Shown: positions 12,002-21,970 of the stretch, one piece after another
How the letters are laid out: every line of letters starts with the position of its first letter
Numbering within the stretch: position 1 is the first letter of the stretch
NCBI RefSeq assembly: GCF_964355755.1
Contig: NC_092672.1
Span: 15,562,001-15,626,000, forward strand
DNA: 64,000 nucleotides
Direction: 5' to 3'
DNA from: Antedon mediterranea
Taxonomy: Eukaryota; Animalia; Echinodermata
Notes under the pieces: generated by a model
What the model saw: only the letters and a program-made list of their open reading frames with translations
What the model was told of the DNA's origin: nothing
The model's database searches: none
Made by a program: the position numbers and the translations under genes

Positions 12002-13600
12002 AGGGGGGTTCCGGGTTTAAAATGAATAGTAAAAAATGTAAAATATATTTGTTTGTCTCTTGAACGGTAAAAGTTTCAATTTATATAAGCGCCCAGTGAA
12101 GCAGAACGAAGGCTGTGAAATGAGGCCAGATTACAAGTGCAGCTACGGCGATATGACACTGTGTTACAGAATAGGAAATTCGTGAAATGGTCAATCTTCC
12201 GACGACTCGTTATCATTAACCATATCAATTACTTTTGTAAAATTATACTTATCTGATGTAATTTTAGTCGGTCTTCCCATTTATAAAGTCAATGTTCTAT
12301 GAAAATTCATCAAAACAGTGAAAAATTAGATTTGTTTGCACTTTACGTTTGCCGATTTACGCACTGACTTAGGGAAAGCCTTCAAAATCAATGAAGCGTA
12401 ACGTATACATTCCTGCTGAGAGCGAGGAGAGCGAGACGATGATACACGTGCTCTATCTACCCATGCCTGGCATCGTCACGTGATAATAAGCAGATACAGT
12501 ATACAATACCAAACTGGTCGGGTCGAGTATACCCCGTCTATAATTACAACATGAACGATGTACAGTATTTGATTGAAGGTCGACTCGACCTACCGGAATG
12601 GTATAGATAATATAGCTCGAATGAGAGAGTTGGAATATTTGTAAACATAAGTATTGCTAATTTTAAGAAGTGTAGCCTAGTAAAAGGCCTGGTAGTATCA
12701 ATTCGCATAGGGTCTACTACACTAGCTAGCTCAATTTTTAACTGGGCCGGATCGGCTAGGTCTCCTTCCTACTACTGGTCTACTTGCTTGATGCAGTAGT
12801 ATCCGCTTTTTTGGAGAGTAAACTAGGCCTATTTTAGGCCTACTTAGACGATCGGGACATCATACGTGCGGACGGCGGACGGCGATAGTTACAGCCGATT
12901 TTGTAGAATGTTTTAGGTTTAGATTGTTTAGGAGTTTGGTTGATAGGATGGGTTTGGAATCCACTGAGTTTTGTTATTTATGGGCCAATCGTTTAGTAGT
13001 GGGCCAATCGTTTAGTAGTAGGCTAGCTAGGCCCATGATGGGCCCCAATGTTTTAGCGTTTTAATCTCTAGTCAGAATGGCTCTCACCCATGAAAAAAAA
13101 TGATTTAGGCTAGGCCTAGCCTAGTACGTGAAGCCGATAGTACGATCTGTACTATTCGAGGTATAAAAATAGTATATAATTTATGACTCCGTAATCTGTA
13201 CTAAATTTTGTATTTTATTAAATGTCAAATAAATATATGCTACTACTGTTATTATTACAGTACACTTTAGGCCTAGCTTAGAAAACCTACAAATAATGTA
13301 TTTCACAATGATCGGGTGGTCGTCGTTTGACAGGGGAGATTGAAAAACACAACGTACATGACGTCGCGAGTTTGGAATCCACTGATGACGTGATTTTGTG
13401 AATATCTCATGAATATTAATGAGCTTCCCTAAGCTGCTGAAAAACAGACTTTCCATGAATTTACCCTAAAATGTATATGAAATTTTATTTTGTTATTTCT
13501 CGTTATTATTTCTTCATTCTGACATGTCTATATTTTTATAATATTTTTTATTTAATAAATAAACGATATTTAAAAGCAATTTTAAACCCAGAATCCCCCT
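12002..13600. mobile_element. Non-autonomous Kolobok-like DNA transposon
   Basis: TTAA at both sides (11998-12001, 13601-13604); TIRs AGGGGGGTTCCGGGTTTAAAAT / ATTTTAAACCCAGAATCCCCCT. Confidence 0.8.
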
Positions 13601-13757
13601 TTAAGCAGGGCATATCGCCCTCTACATTAGGGAAGTGAATAACATGGCTCCCTGCAAAGGTAAATCTTAAATTAAATATATTCATTTCTTTTGCAAACTA
13701 GTCAATTAATAGTGTATTATGTAATTGTATATTGTGTATGTGTTCCATTATATGTGG

Positions 13758-14506
13758 GGCGCTACTGCAGTTTCGCACCACACTGTTGTATCTTCGATTT
13801 CTCGCTTAATTTTTTTCTCACACCCACATCATACAATTTTGGGCCATTATGTAACATGTTCCCATGATTTAGCCACCGTTAATTACCTTTATCATAACAA
13901 AAAATGCCTTTCAAAACAGCTCCTTTTTTTGCGAATACTTCGATCGAACTGTGGCCATTTCAGAATCAGAAAATTGCCAGAAATCAATGTATGTTTTATT
14001 ATCTGTTTTTATTTTTAAACTGCAAAGAGTGGTTTTTATAAAGAACCAGCTGTACATATCAAAACGGCAACGATATGAGTCCGTACATAAAACATTGATA
14101 GGAACCATTAATATGAATAATAATACTAATAATGAAATATTAATTTAACCTTTATTATTTCGCCAGCTGAAAACATTTCTTGCTTTTCAAAACTAAATAG
14201 GCCTATATGTGTAATCGGATTTTATAACACTGCCCTCTATAGTTTCTACAATTTTTGGGGTAAAATGAGCATAAATTCTGGCAATTAAGTGATAAATATA
14301 AGATGGCGAACATTTCGCAGTGTGTTGACAGCGAGTTCAGTATTGTTTAAAATGTTTTGAAAAGTATTGTTATTTAAAAAAAATTACTTAGTAAGTGGTC
14401 GAATCGTATAAACATGTTACATAATATTATGTTGTGAGTGTAAAAAACGAAAGTTTAGGTAAGAAATCGAAGATATAACGGTGTGGTGCGAAACTGCAGT
14501 AGCGCC
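13758..14506. mobile_element. MULE/Mutator-like MITE
   Basis: TIR GGCGCTACTGCAGTTTCGCACCACAC at both ends; 9-bp TSD TATATGTGG (13749-13757, 14507-14515). Confidence 0.85.
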
Positions 14507-15085
14507 TATATGTGGCTCCTTGATAGCAAATTGAACATCTTTTTTTTCATTATTATTTTTTTCTATTATAGGCAAATTGCCAATTTATTCACTATCCTTC
14601 TTAAAGGTGGCAATTCTGTTCACAAGACAAACATATACACAAGATGTTCTACATAAACAAAGTCCTTGTTGTAATTTGTCATTAGAAAAAATCCTGACAT
14701 ATGACAGGACTTGAACCCAGGACCCTTGAAGCCAAGCATCATTACCACTACCAACTCCACTTCACAACTTCTGCTGCAACCAACATCACAAGTTTGTGTA
14801 TAGGTCTGTCCAAAATAGTATAGGTCATGGTGTCGCTTCCCATTGTCATCCAACTTCTTACTGGCTACAGTTATTTGAACATTTCTGACGAGATTATCCA
14901 CATTATGTTTTATGCTAATCAGTTCCTGAATGTGTATGGATTAAATAATAAAAAAAAAATAACATCTGAATTTAAAGCGAAGGTAATTTGCTATACCTCG
15001 TCAGAACCGCACTTGAATTCATTCATTCAAAAAGCATGAATATATATATAGTTCTTATGCTATGACGTTATCCAAATTCCTACAC

Positions 15086-15125
15086 TTGCACTGATGAAGG
15101 GCTAGTAATGCCCGAAAGCTCTATT
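15086..15125 (+). ncRNA. Degenerate minimal hammerhead ribozyme (Penelope pLTR-like)
   Basis: CTGATGA-A-GGGC..GCCC-GAAA-GCTC core is present, but the 3' strand of stem I does not pair. Confidence 0.4.
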
Positions 15126-15182
15126 AACTTTTCTGGCTGTTTTACTTTATCTTTTTGATTTAGCTTTTCACTTTTCACTCTT

Positions 15183-15620
15183 CCGATTAACATCAGGAAA
15201 TCAATATCTACAGACTTGTTTAAAAGGCATCTGAAATCATATTTATTCCAACAAATTTGCGAGTGCTAGCGGTTCTGGCGCATTATAAATACGAATTGAT
15301 TGATTAATTGTATATACTAGAGGGTGAGCTCGCTTCGCTTGCTCCCCCCTCTAGGAAGTGTAGACGATGTTTTTTTGGAATGATAATGTCTCTGGTCTCC
15401 TGATTAACATCAGGAAATCAATATCTACAGACTTGTTTAAAAGGCATCTGAAATCATATTTATTCCAACAAATTTGCGAGTGCTAGCAGTTCTGGCGCAT
15501 TATAAATACGAATTGATTGATTAATTGTATATACTAGAGGGTGAGCTCGCTTCGCTTGCTCCCCCCCCCCCCCTCTAGGAAGTGTAGACGATGGTTTTTT
15601 GGAATGATAATGTCTCTGGT
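15183..15620 (+). repeat. Local tandem duplication (~220 bp x2); part recurs at 35115-35349
   Basis: GATTAACATCAGGAAATC...GGAATGATAATGTCTCTGGT occurs twice. Confidence 0.85.
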
Positions 15621-17020
15621 GAAAAAGACGTTCTCCTTGTACGTTTTCTGTCGGTTACCATTATTGAAAATTCTTGACATTCGTAAAACTAAACCTACTC
15701 TGTTTCACAGTGTCTTAGATGAATAATAACATTTTAAAGTAGGCCTATTGTGTGTATTGTTTGGTAGGGCCCTTATAGGGCTGAGGTGGCGAGGTGGAGT
15801 TCATTTGAGGGAGGTGCTTATTCAAGGGATATGTTTAATTGTTTAATTTTTTCATAATATGGTAACATTTATAATCAAATAAAATCATCAGATCTCCCTA
15901 TGTCATTTTATAATAATATTCCCCACAATATATTCCGATGCCTTATGGCGTATATTTAATTTGATATTTATTAATTTGCAGTATAATTTTTATTTTCTAA
16001 CTACCGAACCTTCACACGCACGGTCCGATCCGAAATAAACAAAAAACTAAAATGGCTATTAGCCATACAATTGTAGCGTACAATTGAAATTGAATTGAAA
16101 ATATACTGATGAAATCAAAAATTTTGTTATAAAACCATTTACAATATCTTCCTAAGATAGAAATATGGAAAAATACCATGGTACATAATTTATATATAGA
16201 TACAGTACCCACAAAAGGGCTTTAAGATATCCTCTAAATTTTTTTAAACCAATTATTCCTATATAACCATGCTATAACATTGTGTCGATATGAGTATTTG
16301 GTTCATATTGTCTAGTCTGCATGTTTTATATCCTGCAAATCAACATCTTCATATATCTGTATGCACATCGATTGAGAAAACATGGGATATAAGACCACCC
16401 TGCACTATTTAAACAAGTGCGGAAATTGCCATTTTTAATTTGCCATGATGTTTTATTTTAAAATTGCGGGATTTTTTTTTAATTGCTGTTTTTTTGAAAA
16501 AATTTCCATGATATTTTTTGAAATTTGTGTGACTCTTACAAGCCACCGTAATAATACCCTTATATAACCTAATATTTTAATATATGTGCTTGAAATGACC
16601 ATCTAGTCAGTTTACTTTGAGTCTGAGTCTATTACATGTTTACCACTCTATAAAAATAAAGAACACAACACACACTTTATAAATGATAGATAACTATCCT
16701 TGTGAATCCAGTGAAGCCCATTTATCAATTATCATTATTGTTGAAATAGTAGAATCCTTTTAATACAGTTGATCATGTGATTCTGTACTTAATAAATAAT
16801 AAAGGCCATGTCTTATAGCGCTGCTGAAATCCCAATTGATTTTCATCTTATTTCTACAGCCTTGATAATAATAATAATAAAAACTTTATTTAATCACAGT
16901 ATATATATATATATATACCGTGCACTCTTTGTGTTCATAATCAGTGTACCATGTCCCACATACTTGGCTCAGCCTATATATTGTGCCAGTTCTGCGGTAC
17001 ATTTCATTTCGAAACCTGAG

Positions 17021-17065
17021 CTGCACTGACGAGATCTAAGAAGATCGAAACAGTACTGTCTGCAG
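17021..17065 (+). ncRNA. Type I hammerhead ribozyme
   Basis: Stem I CTGCA/TGCAG; core CTGACGA; stem II GATCT-AAGA-AGATC; GAAA; palindromic stem III ACAGTACTGT; GUC cleavage triplet ending at 17060. Confidence 0.85.
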
Positions 17066-17099
17066 ATTGGATATATTATATATATATATATTTCGCAAA

Positions 17100-17600
17100 G
17101 GCCTAATTGTAATGTAAATATTAATTTTAACCTAAAATTTTATCGAACATACAAAAAAAGTATATCCAATGGCTTAATATGATACAAAACCATCAACCAA
17201 AATTACGATCCTTTTGTACATATAAAAAGTCCTTCTGTATATAGAATTATAAATTATTATATAAAAGAAATAAAAGATGTCAGTTTAGCAAGCTAAGAGT
17301 AAGTGCGCATGCTCTCGAAATCGAGAGAGGTTGCTAATGCTACAAAATTCCCAAAACAGATGCAAACAATAGATTGTCTACTCTTTGTAAAGGTGGCGAT
17401 ATTGAAGATGAGATCCATTTCATGCTATATTGCTCCAATTATGATGACATCAGAACTGCATTATTCTCGGATCTAGATTTTAATCTAAACTTAAAAAATA
17501 TGTCACAAAATGATAAGTTTATATTATTATGGGTGCAAATAAGTCAGTTATGAAGTATGTATGTTCGGCGTTTGAAAGGTGCTCAACTATTCAGGCCTCC
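17100..17600 (+). pseudogene. Decayed LINE 3' fragment (C-terminal zinc-finger region)
   Basis: Translates piecewise as LRVSAHALEIERG...RLSTLCKGGDIEDEIHFMLYCSNYDDIR. Confidence 0.6.
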
Positions 17601-17649
17601 ACCTGATACTGAGCAACCTTTATGCAACATACATGTTCATTGAATGCTT

Positions 17650-18033
17650 TTATTATTAGGTTATATGCATTAATGCATATAACCTCTTGATTCTGTCAGA
17701 ATCTTTATTTATTTCTTTATTTATTTATTCTTTCCTTAGCACTATTTGTCCGTCCATTATCTTGATATCAGTTTCATCTAACTAAATCAATTTTTCAGAG
17801 TATATTCCTTATGGCCAGGAATCGATGTGGTTATGTTTTCACGGTGCGCAATCAAACAAAAAAAAAATAATCCTACCATAAGGAAAAAAGAATTGGGAAA
17901 AAAGCGTAAAAAAGAGTAAAGTACTTTCACTTTTGATTAAAACACATTGTTTCAGCGTCGTGCTAATTTACTTTTTATTAGAGGTCACCATTGCCGTTGC
18001 TGTCTGTAAATTTCTGAGAGTTGCGAAATGAAT
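17650..18033 (+). mobile_element. 5' part of a HINE-like element interrupted by the nest
   Basis: AGGTTATATGCATTAATGCATATAACCT hairpin followed by (TTTA/TTTC)n, same layout as the element at 41939. Confidence 0.55.
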
Positions 18034-18430
18034 GGCGCTAGTTCCGTTTCGCACCTGTTTTTATTTTGACTTCCTTTTGACTCCAAATTGTTAAGCAACT
18101 TATTGTGAATACCACACCTTAAAATTGGGCCTCATAAGTACAGATACAGATACAGATACAGATAACTTTTATTGTCCAAATAAACTGGAAATTGCATTTG
18201 CTCACTTATCACATACAAAAATCGTATAAAAATATCGAATAAAAATAAAGTATAAAATGTAGAATAACAATATAAAAATACACAATGATTAAAATAGTAC
18301 ATCATAAAATTACAGCTCAAAAATATTTAAGTTAAAAATACAGATCATTACAAACGGTTTAAAAAGTGTCTTATATTTCATTATTAATTATATATTATAT
18401 TATTTATTATTGTTATCAAAATTATTGTAG

Positions 18431-19057
18431 TTACCTCTTAAAGTCATCGTTAAATTTTTTAATCCCAGCAGGTAGAAACGAATTTGAGTATCGACCCGTC
18501 CGCGCCAACACCGACCTCAGTCTACCACTTCTACCAATGTGGCAGCGAAGAAGATCCGAATGAAGGGGGTGGCTTTCCTCCTCCATGACCGCCTGTAAAC
18601 CATTTTTCAATCGTTCTCCGTAGTGACAATCGTAGACTGAGTCCGCTGTCAGCGCCGACGAGCCAATCACTCTTAATGCCCTTTCTAACACTTTACATAT
18701 GCGGCCCTTATCTCCTTTGTTTATGTTCCCACCCCAGCCTAATAGGCAATAATCCCAGATTGAAAAAATAACAGATGAATAAAACATTGTAAGTATCTCT
18801 TCCCTTACCCTAAAAACGTTCATTTTCCTCAAACAGTACAGTCTAGTATTTAATTTTTTAATTAGTTGATCTACATGCTCTCCCCATGATAAATTATTGT
18901 CATACGTTACCCCAAGATACTTATATGTTTTAACGATTTCTACCTCATGTCCTTTAATCTGGACAGGCTCAATTTCCCTTCTTTTTTTACGGCGGAAATC
19001 TCCATTCGCATTTCTTTGGTTTTTGCTACATTAAGTTCAAGGAAATTTTCATCACAG
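18431..19057 (-). pseudogene. C-terminal part of the Rex1-like ORF
   Basis: Continues ..KYC|DENFLELNVAKTKEM..YKYLG..; frameshift near 19003; stop at 18431. Confidence 0.8.
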
Positions 19058-19416
19058 TGTAACCCAGGCTACAAAAGTAGGCCAGTCTAAGAAGATGAAG
19101 GGTAACCCAGGCTACAAAAGTAGGCCAGTCTAAGAAGATGAAGGGTAACCCAGGCCACAAAAGTGTGCCAGTCTAAGAAGATGAAGGGTAACCCAGGCCA
19201 CAAAAGTGTGCCAGTCCAAGGAAATTGCAACATTTACACATTCCTACTTCCTTACAAACAAAGAAAGTACTGACCAACATACTTTAAGTATGAGCTAATT
19301 ATTTTAAGGATAAACTATTAGCTGATCAAACTCCAAATAAGGAAATAGGGCCACCATCATCTACCATTAGATAATGGTCCAGGAATGTATTTCGGAACAA
19401 CAGGGTGGGGCCAAGA

Positions 19417-19450
19417 TATATAAAAAAGACTGCAGAGTTGGGAAAAGTCA
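19417..19450 (+). promoter_or_regulatory. LTR TATA box and initiator
   Basis: TATATAAAA at 19417 with TCA at 19448-19450, about 30 nt downstream. Confidence 0.7.
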
Positions 19451-19555
19451 CAACTCAACTCTAAATCTATTGAGAGCAGTCAGGTCCTCCCTGATACTTT
19501 TTGTACGTTCTGAAAGAAGTTGTATTTACACTTATTCCTTGCTCAACAAATTCAG

Positions 19556-20026
19556 GTAAGATAACCAACATAAACTTATTATTTTGTAGCGTAAGTAACA
19601 TAGCTAAATTCTTTAGTTGTACTTGTTAACTACATATAGGATACTACTTTTATGTTTATCATTGCCTGTTGTTAAATCCAGCAATGAATTTCTTATCTTA
19701 GATACAACTTGATATATTGTAAATATGTACTATATGTTTGACCACCTTATATCGTATTGATTGTATGTTTATATGTAAGTTAGAGTGTAGTAATAAGACC
19801 CTGTCATTATATACTCACTAGGCTATGATTTATTAGCTAATCCTAAATTATCCTTGAATGAAGCCTGTATAGAGAATTCTGTAGTTATAGGAATTAAATA
19901 CAAAAAGGCTACCGTAAATCACAACTCAACTCTAAATCTATTGAGAGCAGTCAGGTCCTCCCTGATACTTTTTGTACGTTCTGAAAGAAGTTGTATTTAC
20001 ACTTATTCCTTGCTCAACAAATTCAG
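19556..20026 (+). other. Predicted 471-nt intron inside the LTR
   Basis: CAG|GTAAGA donor at 19556; ..TTATTCCTTGCTCAACAAATTCAG|G acceptor at 20026; contains ATTAAA at 19893. Confidence 0.6.
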
Positions 20027-20418
20027 GTTGAGGGAAGATTGCCCAAGTTGGATTCTGTGTGTAAAGTCCACAGCCAGACGAGGGAATCGGTGGAGTGTAT
20101 AAGCATCAAACTTCGAACGGGTTTACCACACCAAAAAGGGGACAAGCTCGACCACTGCCAGTTGTCAACAAACTTAAGTTTGACTTGTTATCTAAATCTT
20201 TAAGCATACTTAATTGTGTGCCATTTCAATTATAAGTCGCATATTGTATAATTTGTATTATGATTTAGAATAATAACACATCTACTATAAGCCAACTATT
20301 TTGTACTCTTTTATTTATTATCTATGTGTGTCTAGTGCCGCTGCCCCAATCAACTCGAACCCCGCTTACCCTAAGTCGATAATCTTTTGTGTTGTGTGTA
20401 GAGCGGTTACATAAAAAC

Positions 20419-20436
20419 TGGCGCCCAATGTGGGGC
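20419..20436 (+). promoter_or_regulatory. Primer-binding site, tRNA-Lys type
   Basis: TGGCGCCCAATGTGGGGC, one difference from the tRNA-Lys1,2 PBS TGGCGCCCAACGTGGGGC. Confidence 0.85.
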
Positions 20437-20641
20437 TTGAAAAGGCACTAGTTAGATAATAAATTTATAATTATATACTATATTGCATATTTTTATCATT
20501 GTATTATATTTCATGCTTTTCAATTTTACTTTATAATATTTTTGTACCCTTATATATCTAATTATTGTTTTACAATTTGTAATATTTGATCGTAATTTCA
20601 CTTATTTTAATTTACAATTGTAACTTCTTATTGTGTATACC

Positions 20642-21961
20642 ATGGATATATATGACTGGTGTATTAAACATAAGGTCGATCCTAGTCATGCTATTGCATT
20701 AAGGGGTGTATTGAAGGCCAATTATAGTCACGATAGAATACCTAATGCATTCAAAGAAATAGATCGATCCCAGGTTGTTGAAGTTATAGATGAAACAGAT
20801 ATCACTTTTCAATTACTACTTTCGTTTTCCAAACCTGTAGTAGATCTAAATATCCCCACAACCATTGACCACACAGATAACGAAACCTGGACTATTATAA
20901 AATGGGATGGGAAGACCCCAGAAAAGGACACCCATATCCTACCCACAGATTTCCAGGGACAACTACAAAAATTTCTCTTAGAACATGGGAAAACCCTGAA
21001 CGATCTTAGGCTAGATTCCATCCCCTCCGACACCAAAGAAGTAGTAGTAAAACACCTAATAGGCAACAACGTGCCCCGTACGGCCGGTGTTCGTCGGTTA
21101 CGACAGTTTTCGGGACGGGTGCCAATCCCTTCAAATGAGGTAGACTTTGAGACTTGGTCTCAACTAGTCCAACAACTTTTAAGGGATGATAGCTTATCAC
21201 AGGCTGAACAAAAGAGCATCTTAAGTCAAAGTCTCTTTCCACCAGCACTTAATATCCTAAATAAAGTGACAGATAAATCAACTGCTAGGGAATGCCATGA
21301 TGTACTTAATGAGGTCTATGGTTTGGCAGTGGATGCAGATGACCTCTATACTCTATTTAGGGAGACATATCAGTCGGAAGGGGAACTGCCCTCTAAATTT
21401 TTAATGCGCCTAGATGAAAATCTAACTAGGGCAACAAAGGCAGGGGCAGTTGGGGTAGCAAAGGCTGACCATATGAGACTAGCTCAATTTGTCCGTGGGC
21501 TAGTATATGACGAGATGCTATCATCTACATTAAACCTGAAACAACGCAAATCAAATCCCCCTACTTATTTAACACTGATTAAAGAAGTTAGAAGTGAGGA
21601 AATTAATAGTAGGGCTAGGGCAGAAAAGCGAACACCTAAGGCAGTTAGTGCCAAGGCTGCGTTATGTAGCTATGAAGCCCTTAGCCATGAGGTAGAAGTT
21701 CTTAGAACTGAGCTACATCACCTCAAATCAACACCAAGCCCACCAGAGTCCACCCCTAACCCAAAAACGCGTTCTTCACCTGCGCCAAACACTAGGCCTA
21801 AAATATGTTATAATTGTGGCGAGGATGGGCACCACATGAGGGGTTGTCCCAACCCAACTAATGCCACATTAGTACAGCAGAAATTGGTCAAACGGTTTAA
21901 TCAGGCGGGAAACGGCAGAGGGCATCCGGGAAGAAGGGACAACGGTCTGCCCCATCAGTAA
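20642..21961 (+). CDS. gag: Gag (PNMA/Ma-like capsid plus CCHC zinc knuckle)
   Basis: First ATG at 20642; RLRQFSGRVPIPSNEVDFETW; CYNCGEDGHHMRGC. Confidence 0.9.
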   Translation: MDIYDWCIKHKVDPSHAIALRGVLKANYSHDRIPNAFKEIDRSQVVEVIDETDITFQLLLSFSKPVVDLNIPTTIDHTDNETWTIIKWDGKTPEKDTHILPTDFQGQLQKFLLEHGKTLNDLRLDSIPSDTKEVVVKHLIGNNVPRTAGVRRLRQFSGRVPIPSNEVDFETWSQLVQQLLRDDSLSQAEQKSILSQSLFPPALNILNKVTDKSTARECHDVLNEVYGLAVDADDLYTLFRETYQSEGELPSKFLMRLDENLTRATKAGAVGVAKADHMRLAQFVRGLVYDEMLSSTLNLKQRKSNPPTYLTLIKEVRSEEINSRARAEKRTPKAVSAKAALCSYEALSHEVEVLRTELHHLKSTPSPPESTPNPKTRSSPAPNTRPKICYNCGEDGHHMRGCPNPTNATLVQQKLVKRFNQAGNGRGHPGRRDNGLPHQ

Positions 21962-21970
21962 AAAGGTCCC
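21907..21970 (+). promoter_or_regulatory. -1 ribosomal frameshift signal (G GGA AAC plus predicted pseudoknot)
   Basis: Heptamer is in the correct gag phase; the -1 frame is open into the protease; stems GGGCA/TGCCC and GGGAC/GTCCC. Confidence 0.8.

Larger units (their letters stand above)
19058..20411 (+). repeat. 5' LTR (1354 bp)
   Basis: Nearly identical to 29901-31215; differs by one extra 43-bp unit, small indels and a few substitutions. Confidence 0.95.

Noticed and set aside
19374-20203. Short ORFs in the LTR (repeated at 30174-31001)
   Set aside because: No recognisable domains; the similarity between them comes from the 108-bp duplication.
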